A stretch of 20,000 nt of DNA from an uncultured virus (IMG/VR IMGVR_UViG_3300010885_055091) (taxonomy: Duplodnaviria; Heunggongvirae; Uroviricota; Caudoviricetes). Numbering within the stretch: the stretch's first letter is position 1; every line of letters starts with the position of its first letter. Shown piece by piece: positions 16,648 to 20,000 of this stretch. The stretch covers positions 106,944 through 126,943 of IMG/VR virus record IMGVR_UViG_3300010885_055091, one strand, 5' to 3'. Both the position numbers and the translations under genes were made by a program. The notes under the pieces were generated by a model. It was given only the letters and a program-made list of their open reading frames with translations, did no database searches and had not been told where the DNA came from.

Positions 16648-17277
16648 TTACTTTTTAGAAATCCATTTCAACAGTCCGTTTGTTCTCTTGTCAAAATTTG
16701 TGGCTGGACATTTAATGGTGTCTTGGTGACCCATCGCTATATCGAGTGTTTTCGCGATCATACAACGCTTCTTGCCAGGGGAAATACTGTCTTTCAAGCA
16801 TTTTCCCGACATATAACTTCCCATGAAATTCGCCGTGTCGGAACTGCATGAAGTCTTCCAATAATGAAGGACATCATATGCCGCTTGCACATTTTGCCCC
16901 GGATCTCTTAATGATTCTAAGGTGACGCCTTCCCAAAAATCTTCATTGATTCGGTTCAGTACCCACGGGATTCCTTTATTAAGTTGCATGGGGCCAAAAG
17001 CATTGCACTTTTTTTCCTTGCTCATCCCGTTAAAAAAACAATCTCCGTCAGGAGAATCTGGTCGATGTCTGGATTCTTCATATCCGATGGTAGCCAGTAA
17101 AATGGGGTCGATATCTGGAGAGACTATCTTGCCCTCTCGTCCGACTTCCAAGTAATGTTCTGCCATCTCCCGAGCACCATTCAAATACTTGGCGTTTCGA
17201 GCAGACCCGTCTTCAATGTTAGGATACTCATATGCCACCATCTTCAAAATGACAGCAAGAAATACTTTGAAATCCAT
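16648..17277 (-). CDS. Lytic transglycosylase (SLT)/lysozyme-like protein
   Basis: DPILLATIGYEESR (catalytic Glu-Ser), AFGPMQL, L.DP.QNV.AA..VL; hydrophobic N-terminus; SD GAGGA. Confidence 0.7.
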   Translation of the reverse strand: MDFKVFLAVILKMVAYEYPNIEDGSARNAKYLNGAREMAEHYLEVGREGKIVSPDIDPILLATIGYEESRHRPDSPDGDCFFNGMSKEKKCNAFGPMQLNKGIPWVLNRINEDFWEGVTLESLRDPGQNVQAAYDVLHYWKTSCSSDTANFMGSYMSGKCLKDSISPGKKRCMIAKTLDIAMGHQDTIKCPATNFDKRTNGLLKWISKK

Positions 17278-17306
17278 AGTTCCTCTTAGTAGTTAGGTTG
17301 TTTTAT

Positions 17307-17789
17307 TTATTGTTTATGTAAACGAGCCATTACATTAATGAATGGTTCATAATCTAAGTATAGACTGTGTTGTATCTGTCTAGTTATTTTGTTGCAATCC
17401 TGGGTTCCCACGTAGTGAAATCTTTCGTCATTTTCGTTTCCCTTAAACAGAGTCCATACTCCTATTATATTTGAAATTGGATCTATATACTCGAGTTTCA
17501 TCCGGAAAATTCCAGGGAACTTGCTACGAATAGCCTGCACAATCTTCAGACTCGGTCGTGAAGATTCATAATTTCCTATTACCCTTTGATACATCTTATT
17601 ATTTATTTTTACATTTTCTCTGTCGATGTCGATTGGACCTGGGTCCTTCTCCACATCCCAATTCATGTATGTATCATGTCCAATAGTTTCCGGGAATAAA
17701 TGGGGTAACATAAACTGCGACCTATCAATCGCATCAATATCAGGTTCAGACCCGATAAAGATAAACCTATTGTAGCACCATCCAGACAT
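17307..17789 (-). CDS. Hypothetical protein resembling the YubB/DUF1281-type ferredoxin-like family
   Basis: The N-terminal MSGWCYNRFIFIG resembles the MPNWCxNxLxIxG start typical of this family. Confidence 0.5.
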   Translation of the reverse strand: MSGWCYNRFIFIGSEPDIDAIDRSQFMLPHLFPETIGHDTYMNWDVEKDPGPIDIDRENVKINNKMYQRVIGNYESSRPSLKIVQAIRSKFPGIFRMKLEYIDPISNIIGVWTLFKGNENDERFHYVGTQDCNKITRQIQHSLYLDYEPFINVMARLHKQ

Positions 17790-17941
17790 TTCTATATTGC
17801 ACCGGTTAATTTTTTAATTTTCCTAAACCTCGATTTTTGCTGACTTGAATCGGATCAAATCAGCAGAAAATATTTGTACCTCCGTAGTGCGCTCTGTGTG
17901 GACCGTCACGGAGCTTGTGCCCTGGCATTACCTTGGGTCGG

Positions 17942-18247
17942 TCAGCTAATTCCCAAGCGGTCGGCTTCGGCTTGGGTCAAGCCCATCGAGACCATAACGA
18001 GCGACGCTTCCAACTCCCCCCGGACTGACCCGAATGCATTGAGAATGATCCGCGAACGGACGGACTGATGAAGGTCGTCGAACTTGGACCAAATGACGAA
18101 CAAGTGCGTACAACGCGGCCTCACTCGCCTAATCAATATAATGGGCTCTGGGTTGTCGGTGGGTTCTCGAAGCTCGGCTTCGAGAACCATTTGGAGTTCT
18201 GGCTCCTCGGGTAGGGGGGTATATATCAGGTGGTCTCGGACTGGCAT
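17942..18247 (-). CDS. Hypothetical protein on a locally GC-richer segment
   Basis: 101-aa ORF with a VIWSKFDDL...RSRIILNAF...MGLTQAEADRLG motif. Confidence 0.7.
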   Translation of the reverse strand: MPVRDHLIYTPLPEEPELQMVLEAELREPTDNPEPIILIRRVRPRCTHLFVIWSKFDDLHQSVRSRIILNAFGSVRGELEASLVMVSMGLTQAEADRLGIS

Positions 18248-18346
18248 TTTTATGTCTCCGGTTGTGGTGGCATCATCAAAAGCGGTATGCCATTGAAGTT
18301 TTCTACTTACATGTCTGCATGGACATGATTTTAAAAAAATACATTC

Positions 18347-18772
18347 CTAATGCAATTTGACTACTTCTACTGGTGTTCCCCATATATCTCTTCCTGTGTC
18401 TCCGCTTATAACAAGGCAGTCAAACCCTAACTTTTTAAGCTCAGGCAGAGACTCTTCTATTACTAAAGCTATATCACCCATCACTTCTAGCGGTTTACTC
18501 AGCGATTCTATGAATTCCAGATGATTTGGATTATCTAAATCCAGGAACGCAATTTTCGAACAATTGGGGAGTTTATGTTCCTCAGGAACTCCATAAAATT
18601 CTGCGCCTTCAAAATCTGTGTGATAGTAAGTCCCACTTAAAAGAGACGACGAGCTACCGCTCCTCCATAGCTTCCCGTCCCACTCCTGGTCATAAGCTTT
18701 ATAAGCTTTTTCTATTAATTGTCTTAAATTAGAAAAAGAAAAATTTGTTGGAATACTTAATTTATTTAGCAC
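18347..18772 (-). CDS. Hypothetical protein, possible ADP-ribosyltransferase-like (ART-PolyVal-like) domain
   Basis: LWRSG...GTYYHTDFEGAEFYG...AFLDLDNP...LKKLGFDCLVI...EVV resembles the ART-like G-x-YF...A..YG...YL...NP...GYDG...E pattern. Confidence 0.5.
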   Translation of the reverse strand: MLNKLSIPTNFSFSNLRQLIEKAYKAYDQEWDGKLWRSGSSSSLLSGTYYHTDFEGAEFYGVPEEHKLPNCSKIAFLDLDNPNHLEFIESLSKPLEVMGDIALVIEESLPELKKLGFDCLVISGDTGRDIWGTPVEVVKLH

Positions 18773-18832
18773 AATTTAACTCAAAATTACATGTAATTGT
18801 ACCATTCATAGTATGAACCCCGAGGCTTCGCT

Positions 18833-20000
18833 TCATGGCGCCTCGAGCGCGCGATCGATCACGGCGTCGCTCCACCTGAGCACGTGCTCGGGGTCGAAAC
18901 AGGCCGCCAGGGCTGCGGGTGTGAGAACCCGCACGACGTCGGGATCGGCCGCTAACAGCGTTTGAAACTCGCCATGCCCTTCGAACGAACGCATTGCCGA
19001 GCGTTGCACGACGACGTAGGCGTCCTGGCGCGCCATGCCCCTGCGGACGAGCTCGAGAAGCACGCCTTCGCTGTAACAGCGTCCGCCCGATAACTCGAGG
19101 TTTCGCAGCATCGTCTCCCCGTAAACGACGAGCCCTTCCGCGAGCCCTGCGGCACGCTCCAGCATGAAGCCGAGGGTTGCGATTGCGTCCGGCGCAATCA
19201 TTCTCTCGACGGACGAATGCGAGATGTCGCGCTCGTGCCAGAGGGCGACATTCTCAAGCGCCGGGATGACTGCCGCCCGCACGACACGCGCGAGGCCGCA
19301 CAGGTTTTCACTTAGGATTGGATTGCGCTTGTGAGGCATTGCGCTCGAGCCTTTTTGGCCGCAGGTGAACGCTTCCTCCGCCTCGGTGACTTCGGTGCGC
19401 TGCCAGTGTCGTACGTTCGTCGCGAGGCGCTCGATCCCTGCGGCTACGAGTGCGAGCGCGGCGAAGAAGGCTGCGTGACGGTCGCGTGCGACGACTTGGG
19501 TGGACACGGTCTCGGGGCGCAGGCCGAGGGTCTCGAGTGCTTTTGCCTCGAGTTCGGGTGAGAGGTGCGCGTAACTGCCGACCGCGCCGGCAAGCTTCCC
19601 GACTGCGATCTCGTCCCGCGCGATTCGCAGTCGATGGCGGCCCCGTTTCAGTTCGGCAAGGTGGCCTGCGAGCACCATGCCGAAACGCAGGGGTTCGGCG
19701 TGGATCCCGTGGCTGCGGCCGATGATCATCGTGTTGCGGTGCTCGTCCGTGCGCTTCGCGAGTGCGGCAATAAGGCGGTCCTGCCGCACGGCGAGGAGGT
19801 CACAGGACTTCACGAGGAGCATCGCGAAGCTCGTGTCGAGCACGTCGCTCGAGGTCATGCCGAAGTGGAGCCAGCGTGCGTCGCTTCCGGCGAGCTCTTC
19901 GACGTGCGTCAAAAATGCGATCACGTCGTGCTTCGTCGTGCGTTCGATCGCATCGATGCGCTCGGGATCGAGCTTGAGCTCTTTTGCGCGAATGTTGGCC
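18833..20000 (-). CDS. purB: Adenylosuccinate lyase (5' end outside the window)
   Basis: The frame stays open to the window edge (...ERTTKHDVIAFL...). Contains HFGMTSSDVLDT, GRSHGIHAEP, the signature GSSAMPHKRNP and WHERDISHSSVER. Very GC-rich codons. Confidence 0.97.
   Translation of the reverse strand, partial: ANIRAKELKLDPERIDAIERTTKHDVIAFLTHVEELAGSDARWLHFGMTSSDVLDTSFAMLLVKSCDLLAVRQDRLIAALAKRTDEHRNTMIIGRSHGIHAEPLRFGMVLAGHLAELKRGRHRLRIARDEIAVGKLAGAVGSYAHLSPELEAKALETLGLRPETVSTQVVARDRHAAFFAALALVAAGIERLATNVRHWQRTEVTEAEEAFTCGQKGSSAMPHKRNPILSENLCGLARVVRAAVIPALENVALWHERDISHSSVERMIAPDAIATLGFMLERAAGLAEGLVVYGETMLRNLELSGGRCYSEGVLLELVRRGMARQDAYVVVQRSAMRSFEGHGEFQTLLAADPDVVRVLTPAALAACFDPEHVLRWSDAVIDRALEAP

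Larger units (their letters stand above)
1..18820. mobile_element. AT-rich large-phage-like segment (prophage or phage DNA joined to bacterial-type DNA)
   Basis: Gene content (dam, HNH, infA, collagen, Kelch, GT2, SLT, many orphans) and a sharp compositional break at ~18820. No hallmark capsid, terminase or integrase gene in the window. Confidence 0.7.

Noticed and set aside
16597..16851. 84-aa + strand ORF
   Set aside because: It starts inside the terminator hairpin and is antisense to the better-supported SLT-like gene.
18952..19725. Alternative-frame and antisense ORFs inside purB
   Set aside because: Typical shadow ORFs of GC-rich coding DNA.

Overview
Positions 1 to ~18820 are AT-rich, densely coded DNA that looks like a large tailed-phage genome. 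It carries a Dam-type adenine methylase, two HNH nucleases, translation initiation factor IF-1, collagen-repeat and Kelch-repeat proteins, a GT2-like glycosyltransferase, a lytic-transglycosylase-like protein, a possible ADP-ribosyltransferase-like protein and many orphans. No capsid, terminase or integrase gene is visible. At ~18820 the DNA switches abruptly to very GC-rich bacterial-style sequence carrying purB (adenylosuccinate lyase, 5' end outside the window). Three signals stand out. (1) An A9 run at 7566-7574: losing one A fuses an AT-rich phage domain to a GC-rich pentapeptide-repeat module (430 aa), so it is either a slippage/phase-variation switch or a homopolymer error. (2) The AT/GC junction falls exactly at a 23-nt element that is 22/23 identical to the leader and first codons of the gene at 8053. 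(3) A ~2.3-kb gene-poor zone (11.7-14.0 kb) holds a structured-RNA candidate, a G-quadruplex-type motif, three different ~21-22-bp periodic arrays and a perfect 23-bp inverted repeat, which together suggest an origin or control region. All family assignments come from motif recognition by eye; no database searches were run and GC contrasts are visual estimates.
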